A stretch of DNA of 64,000 nt from Eledone cirrhosa. Its lineage: Eukaryota. This document shows positions 26,249-39,964 of the stretch, one piece after another. The notes under the pieces are model-generated. The model saw only the letters and a program-made list of their open reading frames with translations, was not told the origin of the DNA and did no database searches. The position numbers and the translations under genes are program-made. Position 1 is the first letter of the stretch, and each line of letters begins with the position of its first letter. Location: contig OZ024745.1 in the NCBI GenBank assembly GCA_964016885.1, forward strand, positions 38,626,001 through 38,690,000, in the 5' to 3' direction.

Positions 26249-27567
26249 TTACATTTAGATATGCATGTCCATGTTCAGGTGCATGCAAGTGGATATATGT
26301 GTATTAATGTTTCTATTTATTTATCATTACAATTATCCTTCTCGTCGTAGCTGCTTTCTTAAGTAATCCTTTTCCCATTCTCTTTATTCTATGTCAAGCT
26401 AAGAAAAAAGTTGATATTATGCCAGTTCCTTTATAAATGGCATCTGAACAGAAAACTAAAACTGTGGGATAGTAATATATATATACAAAAGAACGGACAA
26501 GAATAACAGATCTGTATGTAATTCCACCATGAGCTTGGAATGTAAATCAGCATTTGGAATGTGAAAATCGATAGTGTAGGGTTTATCACAATATGTCACC
26601 AGACCTGGTCACATTCTTCATCCTTTCATGAACACAGAAATGAATGATGATTTAAACTTCCTTCGTGTAATCATGGTAAACTTTCGGTTGATTTTATCAT
26701 CTGACTTTTGTAGTCATATCATTACTGATAGGAAAAACGCTCGACAGGAGGAGACTTTGGAAGGCAGAACATGTAAAAGGAAAATTGATGCTGTCAAAAA
26801 TAAATAAAACAAACCACAGCACAACATATGAGGAGAAAATAACACGAAACGTCTTATACATTGGACACAATCACAAATAGAAGCTACTGAAATATAAATT
26901 ACATAAGATACGTAAATCGTCTTCATTCATGTTATGCTCAACTCTCATTATTGTAATATTTCGAAGTGCAGAAACATAATTTCAAAATAGCAGAATAGCG
27001 GAATATATTCGGTGGTTTCCATGTCAAGTTTGATAACGTTAGCACCACTAAAGATACCACTCTACATTAAACTAACAGGTACACTTGAAAGGATATTCAG
27101 TTATCCACATTTGTTAGATTTTCACATTTCCTCTACATATATGATTCAGAACAATGTGACATATGCTATATAGTGATTTTATATGCCAAATATAGAATGC
27201 ACATCATATTTCAAACCCTACCATGTATTCCTAATTCAGCGGAATGATACGTTTGGTGTTTGATTATACAATTGAGGAATATATTTTAAAAATTCTACAA
27301 GGAACATATATGAGACAATAATCCAAATGACAGTAGCCTACACACACCACCCCCAACAATGTCACCCCTGTCACAACCACCATTACAGAAACAAAACAAC
27401 AACAGCAGCAACAGCATGATCGGCAAAGATGACTAAAACAGACCGACCAACAAGAAAAACAGAAACAACTTCAATAACAACAACGAAATCAACATTGAAA
27501 AAATAAGCGGCAACAACAACAACGAACAGCAGCATTAGCACGAACAACAATGACAACAACTCCAGAA

Positions 27568-28140
27568 ATAATTGTTTCTACTTTTGGCACTATGCCAGCA
27601 ATTACCCAGTACATTACTGGTACTTTATTGTATCGACCCCGTAAGGATGAAAGGCAAAGTGAACCTCGGCGGGATTTGAACTCAGAGCATAAAGGGACGT
27701 AACTATGCCTTGTAAGCATGTCCGACCCTCTGCCGATACTACCAACAGTAATAATTGTTTATCCGTTAGGCACAAGGCCAGCAATTATCAAGTGCATTAC
27801 TGGTACTTTATTTTATCTACCCCGTAAGGATTATAGGCAAAGTTCTCCTTGGCGGGATTTGAACACAGTATGGCAAGGGCTGAACTCTATACGTCAAAGC
27901 ATGGCGTCCCCCCCTGTGCCAATACTGCCAATCCACCGCCAACATTAATAATTGTTTCTATTTTTGGTACAAGGCCAGCAATTACCCAGTGCATTACTGG
28001 TACTTTATTTTATCGACCCCGTAAGGATGAAGGGCAGAGTTAACCTCGGCGGGATTTGAACACAGACTGTAAAGGGACGTAACTATGCTAGAAAGCATGG
28101 CGTCTTACGCTCTACCGATTCTGCCAATCTACCACCCTTA
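27568..28140 (-). mobile_element. Three tandem tRNA-derived SINE copies
   Basis: Three ~190-bp units, each with a B-box GTTCAAATCCC, body GCC..GG..AACTTTGCC..ATCCTTACGGG..GATA.AATAAAGTACCAGT and tail CTTGTGCC..AAACAATTATT on the minus strand. Confidence 0.85.
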
Positions 28141-28526
28141 CATTAATAATAATGACAAAACAACATCACCAGCAACTACAACAGCAACAACGACAATATT
28201 ATCATCAACAACAACTGCATATTGTGCTGTAGTCGGTAGCGGTGTTTGTAGCGGTGATGTTGAAGGACGTGTTTCTCAAAATTGTTACTTTTTCAAATGA
28301 TTCTGTCGTAGTGATAGCTGGTGGCGTGGATGCAATTGCGACTGTTCGGGTTGGCGTTTCGGTTTTGTATTGTGTTGTTGTTGTTGTTGTTCATGGGATT
28401 TGTTTGATGATACCGACAACATTTTTAATCGGCCCAATGTTAGCAACATCAATCTATAAGCTGATTGATGTCTCCTCTTCCTTTGAAGTTACTTGGGTTG
28501 CAATAATTATATTATTATTATTATTA

Positions 28527-29125
28527 CGGTGGAGCGGTGGATTGGCAGTATCGGTAGAATGTCGGACGCCTTTCTTTGACGAATAGAGTTACGGCCCTTT
28601 CAATTCTGAGTTCAAATCCCGCCGTTGGTTAACTTTGCCTTTCATCCTGACGGGATCGATAAAATAAAGTACCAGTAATGCACTGATTAATTGCTGGCCT
28701 TGTGCCAAAAGTAGAAACAATTATTACGGTAGAGCATTCGGTTAACATGCATCGAGGCATAAAGTTACGGCCAGATGCGTTCTGATTTCAATTTGTGCCG
28801 AGGTTACCTTAGCTTTTCCTATTTACGGTCTCGATGAATGAAAGTACTGAATATCTCCCTGCGGCCGATTTAATCGACTTTCCCCTCTCTTAAATTGTTG
28901 TCCTTGTGCCTAAACCAGAAACCATTCTTATTATCATTACCATGGTAGAGCATCTGTTAAGATCGTTCGTGGCATATAGTTACGGCCCATTGCGTTCTGA
29001 TTTATTTAGCTTTGCCTTTTTTCCTTACGGGGGTCAATAAAATAAAGAACCAGTAGCGCACTGGTGTCGATTAAATCGATTATCCCCTCTCCCTAAATAG
29101 CTGGCCTTGTGCTTTAGTATAAATA
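28527..29125 (+). mobile_element. Three tandem tRNA-derived SINE copies, opposite orientation
   Basis: Head GGCAGTATCGGTAGA (A-box) and GAGTTCAAATCCC (B-box), with the same body and tail; copies 2 and 3 are more diverged. Confidence 0.85.
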
Positions 29126-30515
29126 ATTCTTCTTATTGTTGTTGATATTGGTATCGACATTAATACCCGTGTTTATGATGTCTGTTGTGTTCTTATTGGG
29201 ATTTGGGAGGTGTTGGTGGTATTGCAATTAATTTGAGCTAAATATCTTTAGGTGGCGCGGAGGAGGTGTGTTCCTTGATTTGCAAAAACAATATGTAGGC
29301 GCAAATTTAGAATATAAAAATCAAACAATTAAATCTTTGAGGACAAAGGCTGATCATTGCGACCCCTTACAGTTATATCAAAACCAGCGTTTTAAACACG
29401 AGTATAACAACTAACATACACTAGAGGTCCTTTATATGTAGAACCCTTTATTTGTTCTATATTTACCTATTAATATATAACGAAATTTATTATTCATATA
29501 GATTAAAATTAATTAACGTAAATCAATTTGAATATTTTAATGTTTGAATTGATAGTAATTTTCATTAAGGACATATAGAAATTAATAGAATTTACGTAGT
29601 ATATTGGAATTGACCTGGAACATTCTTTCGCTAATTCCGTTAGATTCTCGATTTAATAGGGTCTATAGTATCCGCCACCGAATACGACAAACGACTATGA
29701 TATTTACATGCTTCGAAACAGACTGCAACGAAAATCAGATTAGAATCGCTCCAAACATGATAGATTATAATCAAACAATCCCTGTCGTTAGAGACTGAAA
29801 AATTCGCATAAAAATGTGTTAACATTCGAAGTCATATTTTTCAAGGAAATTTCTAAAAAACGATATTAATAATCTATATTTGATTGATGAGGCAGATCAT
29901 AACAGAATAATATGTAACGTTCAGAATAAACGGAAATGAAATGATTTTCGAAACCAAATTTGTTAATGAGCCATTATTTTGCGGTCTGTGTCTTTATCAC
30001 GTTTAAATAAATTTCAATTATTATATAAAATATTTTAATATATAAAACAAATTCGGTTAATAATATATAGCAGACAAATATTCATCAGATGATATAAATT
30101 CAAACTTAAAACGCAGGATAGTATATAGGATGGTCGAAAATAGTTGAACAAAAAGAGGATCGGGAGTGTTTAAATGCATTTCTTCGGATTCCAGACCTTT
30201 ATCTAAAAAAACTTTGGCATCGACAGCCACTTGATATATTAATATATACATAAAATAGATTTAAATTACAAAATCACATCCAGCACAAATGCAACACACA
30301 TACATACATGCATACGCCCCCCCCCCAGCTTTAAACGAATATTATTATCAATATTCGATATAAACAATACGTACATATATATATAGACGGTCAATATACA
30401 TATATATCTATTACGGTCAGCCGTAACTCGCTCGGTATGCAATGAGGCTACTCAGCAGATGTACGTAAGAAAATACTATATATTTTCACCCATTCAACAA
30501 ACTGGCAGAGGTATA

Positions 30516-30556
30516 CAGTCCTGATGAATGGTAATGGCCCGGAAGCAAGTTGATTG
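30516..30556 (+). ncRNA. Hammerhead motif with a single core change (GAAG)
   Basis: Stem I CAGTC/GATTG; CTGATGA; stem II TGG..CCG; GAAG-CAAG-TT. Confidence 0.55.
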
Positions 30557-31093
30557 TTCCTCAATGCCAAAGTTAAACAAACGGATGACAATTTGTCACC
30601 GGCACGACACAGCTTTAAACTGATCGTATGTTTACAAACAAATCGATTATTATTATTAATGTTCGATATAACCCATACGTGGATATGTATATATGTGTCT
30701 GTATATATGCATATATATAAAATATATATATTTATATATATATATGTTTTAATATATATGAGATTCTACAGGACTAGAACTGTTTCATTCTTTAGAAATA
30801 ATGTGGTTACCTCCGATTCAACCCGGAATAACGTATTTATATATATATATGCCTAATATATATTTACATACACACACATGTATATAAATACATATATACA
30901 CAAAAATACCCTTACACATATATGTATGGGTGTGTGCGTGTGTGTAAATGTGTGTGTAGCTGTTTTTCTGTGTACATATGTGCGCTTTTATTTGACTTTT
31001 GTGTGACTAAATATGCACTCAAAACTTCATAATCAAGGAATCGAATTTAAATACATTCTCTCAATTATGGATTTATTAACAATATATATATAT

Positions 31094-31155
<62 letters not shown>

Positions 31156-31231
31156 CGAAGGAATGGTGGTAAGGAATGAGATGGACCATAACGCACCAAA
31201 GTACTCAATTATTAGGGTAGTAGTGTGGGTA

Positions 31232-31349
31232 ATAGGAACAAGTATGACCCCGACGGCGGAGCTCAAGCCGCTTCTACGGCTAATTCTGGACGCAGAATTA
31301 GCCGTCGAAACGGCTTGAGCTCTGCCGTGGGCGTCTTACTTGTTCCTAT
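31232..31349. repeat. Near-perfect hairpin, ~57-bp arms, 4-nt loop GACG
   Basis: ATAGGAACAAGTA..GAGCTCAAGCCG..ACGGCTAATTCTG / CAGAATTAGCCGT..CGGCTTGAGCTC..TACTTGTTCCTAT. Confidence 0.93.
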
Positions 31350-31365
31350 ATATATATATATATTG

Positions 31366-31590
31366 AAGGCACGTAACCTAGTCGTGGGTTCGATTCCGGG
31401 TTTGCCTGTTTGGTTCTTGAGCAAATAACTTCATTTCACGTTGCCCCAGTATACTCAGTTAAAAATGAGTACCAGCAGTATCTGGGGGTTAAAACCTAAG
31501 ATGGACTGCTGTCCTGTCCAGGGGGAACTCTTGTTTACTAAGTCGCTTCACGCCATCAAACCGGGATAAGCACCGACCAAATGAGCCTTC
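31366..31590 (+). mobile_element. tRNA-derived SINE with CORE-like and Nin/Deu-like central domains, 5'-truncated
   Basis: B-box GGTTCGATTCC; TCTTGAGCAAATAACTTCATTTCACGTTGCCCCAGT; GATGGACTGCTGTCCTGTCCAGGGGG..GTCGCTTCA..AAACCGGGATAAGC. Domain names are from memory. Confidence 0.7.
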
Positions 31591-31614
31591 TAACCTAAGA
31601 CAGACTTTAGAATT

Positions 31615-31676
<62 letters not shown>

Positions 31677-31693
31677 CATATATATATATATAT

Positions 31694-31728
<35 letters not shown>

Positions 31729-31759
31729 TACACATGCACACACACACACACAGACACAT

Positions 31760-31796
<37 letters not shown>

Positions 31797-33989
31797 GTTA
31801 AAGAAAGAAGAGTAACATGGTTGGCTGTACAATAAGGGCTTTATTTAAAGTACTGGCAATTGTTTCGTTTATTATGTGTGTCTAGATTTCGCTAATCGCT
31901 TGAGGTTGCGTCAGTCGTTCTCCAATGCATTGTTTACCACTGGTCAACACATTAGAGTACGTAGATATGAAAGTAATTCACTCGAGGCAAGACTTATATA
32001 GAAAAACACCTTAAAGCCAAAAGAATAACATCAATAATAAAATAGCGTAAAAGTAAAACAATAACATCAATAATAAAACATGTATGGTAAATAGATAGAG
32101 AAGTTAAAAAGTAAAAAGTAAAAAGTAAAATATAAGATACATTAAAAAAATAATAAGAAAATGCGGAAATTGAAAATATAAAGAAATAAATGAGTGAAAG
32201 AGTGCAGGTAGAAATTAGTAGTTTTTGAGTAAGGGTTTTTATAAGGATTCGTTGGTGCTAACATGAGAAGGAACCAGATTTGAGATGTATATAAATACAT
32301 GTAGAGGGTCCGATAAAAGAAAATACATTCTTTAAACTAATAGATAAGCACTTCCCTACACTACACAAATACCATAACATCTTCAATAGAAAAACTATAA
32401 AACCTTCATACTCTATTGCAGCCAACATAGAATCGCACATATGTAAGATCAACCACAAACATATCTCTAAAGAAATTAACCTACAAACGCGCAGCATAGC
32501 ACCAACTACAAAGCACAAACACATAACAACATCACAACCACAAACGCATCAGAACGCATCACAACAAAACATTAATAGGCCTTAAATCACAACCCACCCA
32601 CAACAACTTACAAAAACGCAACGACGAACCTGCACAAAATAAAACCTCAAATTGTAATTGCCACCTACCAGATAAGTGCACACTACGGAATATATGCCAG
32701 GATTCGTGTACTGTGAATTCAGGCAACTCTACCTGGCACTACATAGGTTCCACAGCTGGGGAGTTTAAGAAAAGGTGGTACGTCCACAGACACTGCATGA
32801 AGAATCGTGCACTGGAGGACTCTACAACGCTCGCCAATAAAATGTGGCTACTTAAGGACAGAAACCTAGAATGGTTGAAATTATCGGTAGCAAAAGCATA
32901 CTATAACGGGATGTCCCACTGTGGGCTTTGTAATTTAGAACTACTACATATTTTAATGTACGATAGTATGCTGCCTAACAGCAACATATAAATATCTATT
33001 TTCTGTAGGCATAAGATAGATTTACGAACTTCAAACCACCATGATTTGAACCAGCAATTCCACATTTAGTACTGAACCACCTAGATTTTAACATATAGAA
33101 ATAACAGCATCGCACTGCTATTAGCTATCAAATTGCCAACTGGTCACTGGACCATAAATCTCTGTCCCTTTCTTCCACCCTCTCTCCATCAACCCCATTA
33201 AGATAGAACAATCAGCAAAACATTTACAACAAGCGTTTATCAAACGTCCCGTCATCCCTAGCCCATAAATATAATACATGTTTACATGAATTAATCTCTA
33301 ATTTATTGTCCTTTCTTTTATCGGACCCTCTACACGTATTTATCTACATCTCAAATCTGGTTTCTCATGTTAGCACCTTATAAGAACACTTACTCAAAAA
33401 CTACTAATATCTACTTGCACTCTCTCACTCATGTCTTTCTTTATATTTTCAATTTCCGCATTTTCTTATTATTTTTTAATGTACCCTATCTTATATTTTA
33501 CTTTTTACTTTTTACATCTTATCTATCTATCTATTTACCATACATGTTTTATTATTGATGTTATTGTTTTAATTATACGCTATTTTATTATTGATGTTAT
33601 TGTTTTGGTTTTAAGGTCTTTTTCTATATAAGTCTTGCCTCGAGTGAATTATTTTCATATCTACGTACTCTAATGTGTTGACCAGTGGCAAACAATGTAT
33701 TGGAGTCGATTGACGCAACCTCAAGCGATTAGACTACTCTAGACACCCCTGATCAATGAAAGAATTGTCAGTACTTTAAATAAAGCCCTTATTGTACAGT
33801 CAAGCATTTTACTCTTCATTCTTTAATTATTATTACTCCAAGTATAACCTGCATAGACATTACCGCGATCTCGCTGCATAACTATGGAAACATCTTGTTG
33901 GGTAAAAAAAAAGGGTTCCTTTAAAACTATACACGACGCTGAGTACTCACAACCTCTACCTGGATTACCTATAACGATAACTTGTTATC

Positions 33990-33990
<1 letters not shown>
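31797..33990 (+). mobile_element. Penelope-like element (Naiad-like), 5'-truncated, with an inverted terminal duplication
   Basis: 31797-32322 is an inverted copy of 33312-33827; between them lies a GIY-YIG coding remnant; both sides are flanked by (TA)n. Confidence 0.85.
32325..33045 (+). pseudogene. PLE linker and GIY-YIG endonuclease remnant
   Basis: Translation gives FFKLIDKHFPTLHKYHNIFNRKTIKPSYS, NCNCHLPDKCTLRNIC, HYIGSTAGEFKKRWYVH, STTLANKMWLLKD, CGLCNLE and CRHK. Confidence 0.85.
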
Positions 33991-34038
<48 letters not shown>

Positions 34039-34051
34039 ATATATATATATA

Positions 34052-34148
<97 letters not shown>

Positions 34149-37091
34149 TAGATAGACAGATATATACATAGATATAGTTATATATTTTAAATGAATTTAA
34201 TTCGATCCTCTTCTCTTCATAACTGAAATGTATGTTAATGCGCTAGATACATGTTTGAGAGAACTAACAGGAGAGAATGAGTAATACCTGATGATGATTG
34301 GACTACGATATTTAATCAATAACGTATTTAATCTTTCACACTCTCTTTAAACTTTATAGATTTTGAATTAATTGTATTTCTTTGATCCCCTAAAATAATC
34401 AGTGTAATTTGTTTCAGACTGATAATATATTACGTATTGAAATGTTTCTTTTTTGTCATAACGTATTAACTTCAAAGTCTCAAGTTGAACATTGCATTAT
34501 GAGTATGTGTTTATATGCTCATAAGTTTAAACTTTGCCCAATAGAAATTTCTGTTTTGATTTATTCGGCATGCGGGAAGTCGAATTACACTATATCAGAT
34601 GAAAATGTTGCATACATATTAGAATGAAAAACGACGAAAGGTAATTTGAAATAATTTGAACGAATGGCAAGTACCCAAAAGTTTTCATATATTTTATCCG
34701 ATGTTCTATTCTTTCATTTACATTATCACATGAAATTCCCTACATGTGTTGTGCGTATAAATACGTGTGTATGTGTGTGATAGTGGTCCTTATATACTTT
34801 ATCATATATTTTATATTAAATATACTTAGAGCTTATATCAACTGTGGGCTCGTAATACAACACCTGATTTCAAAGTGTTTTCTCAATAATTCAGTGGAAT
34901 CCTGTATGTGTCACTTCAACGAGTTTATGAGAATCGCAAATAAACGTGACACCGGTCATTTATATTAAGAATTATATAAGTACGTATGTATAGGCTGACC
35001 ATTCCAGCAGCAAAATGTTCAATTGCTTCTATGTTACGATATTGTGGTACTATTGATATCGGTGCGTTAACCAGCATTATACCAATGTATGCATGTGTAT
35101 TATGCGTGTGGTGATGTGGACTGGTGTGCGTATGTTCGTGTTTTTGCATGAACTTTTGTTCGAGTATATAAAGAGATAAAGAAAGAACACAATTTGAAAG
35201 GAGATATAGAAAACTTTCAGTCATTGCGAATAACATTTCTTTTGTTTCTTGCCAATACTTTTGCCGTCTGTTTGGGAATAAATCATTTTACAAGATGGAC
35301 GTTGAATCTGTCACTATTAACACACGCCCTTGGCAACATCAATAACACCACTCACGCGGTGCTAAAATAGCTGGATGCAAGATTGCTGGAAAACTAGTGA
35401 TCTGAAGCGTCAATTAACATAAACTCATTTGCATCATATTAAGCGATTTCCACTAAGGATATTGGGCATGAATAGAATATCATTGAAATCTTTATAGAAT
35501 TGTTGATTAAGTGTAAATTTGAGATGAAATTTAGAAACGGATAATCATTTATGCACTCTTCTCGATATTTCGGTCTATTAAGCACCACAATAATTCCTGT
35601 TCTCTCGAGGCAAAGATAATGCTTTTGACCTACAAAAAATCAGATCATTGAATAGCAATATTGATTTATTACCAGACGGTGTTACGTTGTTATTAGATTT
35701 TAGTGATGATGCGGCTACCATGAGTTTTCGAAAAGTATATGATCTGTAAATTTTCTAATTAACTATATAATTTCATAATATACACATTTTTTTTGTTTGT
35801 CGGAACCCACTTTCCTGTCGCGACTCCTTACATAAAATTATATTATAGCGAAATTAAACATTAAGAGCATTGAAGCCTGAATTGAAACAATAAAGCAGTA
35901 TCTATTCACAAGAAGCGTACTCTTAAGTGCAGCAAGACAGTCAGGCTAATTCATCCCATTGAAACGATGGAAACGCTGTAGCTAAAATAATAGCGCGTAA
36001 TCTTCATATAAGTGAACTAGTCTTAATCACATTTGAGAAATGGTTTATATTTCGCTAATATCTACTAAGGCAATCGCTGGCTAATCATACCATTAACGTT
36101 ATTTTTTGTTCTTTTAGAGAGGTTACAAATGGACAATATTGTTCGCAGTAGATGCAGAACCTGTGACAATAAAAAAATTACTAGGCTCATTAGTGATAAG
36201 AAGCAGTGAAGTGTCCGACGCTCACCTTCTCAAATTGAAAGACACTATCTTCTTACAGTTGTAGACGGTTAGGTAAAACAAATAACAATACCTAATGCCA
36301 TAGATATGATTATAGTTTAGTTGCATATACATTCATACATACACACATATTTAAATAATGATATGTATCTACACTCATACACTCACACACACATATATAC
36401 ATGCATATATATTCAAATACATATGAATATTTATATATGTGTGTGATTGTGTGTGTGGGTGTTTGTGTGTATATATAATATATGTATATATATATATATA
36501 TATAAGGTTATGTAACCTTGAACTCTTTTACATCTATAATCCCAAAATAAATTACTAAATGATAGAATCGAACGATCATGATACTGCGAGCACAAACTGA
36601 AAGCTAAATTCTCTCACTATAAAATAACTTAACATTCGAACCCGTAACTATAACATTGCTTTCTAGCTAACCACTTTCTCTTCCCCCACACTACAGGACT
36701 AAATGGAAACTTAGTGCAATTCGTAGATTATTAATATGAACCCAATATACACCCCCTCCATATCTTCCGTCTGTCCACTCGCTCTCTCTCCATCGCCCTA
36801 GGTCCACCTCCCTCCCTCTCCACATGTATGAACTTGCCCTCTGGGGCAATAAATAATTCCAACCTTGACTATCAACGCATCGCTTACGGTGGTCGCTTTA
36901 AGAGTAACCAGTATAATAAAACCCCCACCACAACATTTTGATTAAGATATCTACAAACCACTCTCTCCCATTTCTCCAACCCCTGCATATCTCTCTCTCT
37001 CTCTCTGCCCCTTCTTTTCTCTCTTCCTTTTCTACTCTACCTTCCCCAATAACCTCACTTAAGGGTATTTACATTATACATTTTACCATTC

Positions 37092-37204
37092 TGCTCTGAT
37101 GATACAGTGGTCACAGCATTTGATAATTGAGCTTTGCAAATAGTTATAAATTTGCACATAGCATAACTAGGCTGTATAACCACCGTGGGAACATGTGTGA
37201 GCAC
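37092..37204 (+). ncRNA. Degenerate hammerhead motif with long stem II insert (PLE-type terminus)
   Basis: Stem I TGCT/AGCA; CTGATGA; stem II base TACAGTGGT...ACCACCGTG; GGAA-CATG-TGT; AATAAA 4 nt downstream. Confidence 0.5.
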
Positions 37205-37395
37205 ACAGAATAAATTACCTTTCTATAATGTCTACCTGTTATTATCCATTTTTTATCTACACTCCGGAATACAGAAGGGTCAGGAACTAAGCTTCTTCAA
37301 CAATTCTTTCATAATTCGTTGAGCAACCTCTCACCGTACGCCAACTCTATCCAGTGTAGTATTTAACCATTGCTGCATGCAGGGTAATCCTATAC

Positions 37396-37455
<60 letters not shown>

Positions 37456-37627
37456 GGTAAACATTGATGCAATTCAATTCAAGCAGTCAAAGTACTTTCT
37501 TTTTCCACATACCGATATAGTGGAGAAGAGAGGAACCCACCATGAGTGGTCAGTGTCGCCATTGAAATATATATCACAGCATTATTATTAAAGGACTTGA
37601 ACATCTGAAACTACTTCGCTTTTCCTT

Positions 37628-37696
<69 letters not shown>

Positions 37697-38183
37697 AAAT
37701 GTATATGTATATATATATATGCGCGTGTGTGTAGGTGTGTGAGTGTGTGTGAACAATGAAAATAATGAACTAATTAACTACATATTTCCGGCGTTTATTT
37801 TCTTTTCGTTGTTCAATTCGCCTTCGCAAATACAAATGACTGTATCTTGAGCAGATTCTTCGAGGAAAACAAAACATACGTGAAGATATCTGTCACAAAA
37901 ATAGAGGAGTGACCGCCTAATCTCGATGAAGTTATCACTTCAAGGTCACATTGAGTTCTAACAACTTTATCGACCCAACATAATAGGTGGAAACCTAAAT
38001 ATATATGGACTGCCTTTTATTTTTCTGTATCTCTCCTTTGTGATCTTGTTCCTGTTTTTGTACTCCTAAAGAAGAGGTACTTTACCATTTTCTATATAAA
38101 GCTTGAAAATAATAAGATTTGTGTACCTATGATGTGACGTTTCCTTTAACTTTATACACACACACACACACGCACACACACAC

Positions 38184-38237
<54 letters not shown>

Positions 38238-38749
38238 TTATTGAGAATTACGTAAATAAAAATGTTTAAATGATTACAACATTTCAGGAGTGGGTATATG
38301 CTTTTATTAGTTATGTATCTGAATTCTCTTTACGCATTGCACGTTTAGAACACAATAGTGTTCTAAACAGATATATAATGATATTTTACCCCAGATGTTT
38401 GTTGCACAATTTGATATACACTTGAATTAACTACCACTATAATATCTAAATGTATATAAAGTCATTGTTCCGGCTTTCGTTTACTTGTAAATAACACTTT
38501 TAGATCTTTGTGTCTCCGTGCATTATAGAAGGTTTGGGCAGCTTCTAATATTTGTCTCAGTAAAGGCCGATCCTCGGGTCTTGAAACTGATCTTGTTCTA
38601 CGTTGGATGAACATGCTGTCAATAAAAAAACACGTAACTGTTGGATTTTATTTCACCTGATTATTATAATTTCCAAAATTAGATTAACAGCTGTCTGTTT
38701 ACTGAAACAGCTCGCGAATACAAGAAGATGTATGACAGAGCAAAGGAGA

Positions 38750-38931
38750 GACGAAAATAACAACAAAAGTAGTCTATGAGGAGGTCACAGAATGTGTGAC
38801 GAAAGAGCTTTGAGTAGGCCTAAACAATCATCTGGCTATTAAACTAAACGACTGGGAAGTGATAATAAATTAATGTGAAAACGAACTGGTTCACGTGCTT
38901 TTGTTAATGCCCTCATCACACTACCAGAGTA

Positions 38932-38932
<1 letters not shown>
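38750..38932 (+). mobile_element. Solo PLE terminal fragment with degenerate hammerhead, same family as 7620-7830
   Basis: ATGAGGA-GGTCACA-GAATG-TGTGAC-GAAA-GAGC-TT, then AAACAA..ATCTGG..AATAAATT..GTGAAA..AACTGGT..CCAGAGTAT, colinear with 7645-7830. Confidence 0.75.
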
Positions 38933-39005
<73 letters not shown>

Positions 39006-39481
39006 TACATATAAGGTTAGCCTTATGGTGGAAACCATTTTATCTGTCAACATTTAGGGTCATGCTGGAGTACCTCTTACATAGATTAGTTTTATACGTG
39101 TATATTTCTCTCGCTCCCTATCTCTCTCTCTCCCTCTCTCTCTCTCTATATATATATATATTCGCATGTGTGAGTGCTTATGTGTGTGTGTGTATGGGTG
39201 TCTGCGTGTGTGTGTGTGTGTTTATGTGTGTGTGTTTATGTGTGCATGACTGTGAGTATGTGGGTAATTTTGATTAGTTACGGAGCTAAATGAAAGCTTT
39301 CTGATAGATCCTATTATCAGTTACAAAAGAAATAGATGAGCTACTAGATGTACAGTATTGACTGTTCTGGTCTGACATTTTATCGATGCTGGCAGTGATG
39401 CAGTGTATCGTCTACGTTGCAGTAAGTGTCACACATAATTTTTTATATCATGTGTTCTTGATCTGAGGCCACAGTTATATA

Positions 39482-39517
<36 letters not shown>

Positions 39518-39964
39518 GAAGTGTTCACCCAGTCATCGAACAACAGCAGAAACTACCGCACTAATAAAGAAAAAAATAAATATAAGAGAATATAAAGTAA
39601 CATAAGACATCAGCAAGTATGAATATCATTAGAAAACAAAATAAAATGAAATCAGGCAATATTATAGAATGAAAATAAGAAAAATAGAGACGATAATAAT
39701 AACAATAAATAGAAAAAAGATATAAAATAGGAGCCATCTTGAAAACGTTGCTCAAATTACGTTTTGCCTTAGCAAATAAAATACAGAAAAAATTTCAGAG
39801 CAAAGTATCAATATCAAAATGTCAACAATATACAATATGTCAAAATAGCAAGAGACTACGAATGCTTTTTTCTATTCATTATCTCTATGAAAGGATTTCA
39901 ATGGATTTTTTTTCTTTTCACTGATTCAACTCAACCGCTCAATAGGTTTGTGTTACAGTACTTG

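Noticed and set aside
27568-29125. tRNA genes
   Set aside because: A and B boxes are present, but there is no cloverleaf or CCA-stem; these are SINE heads.
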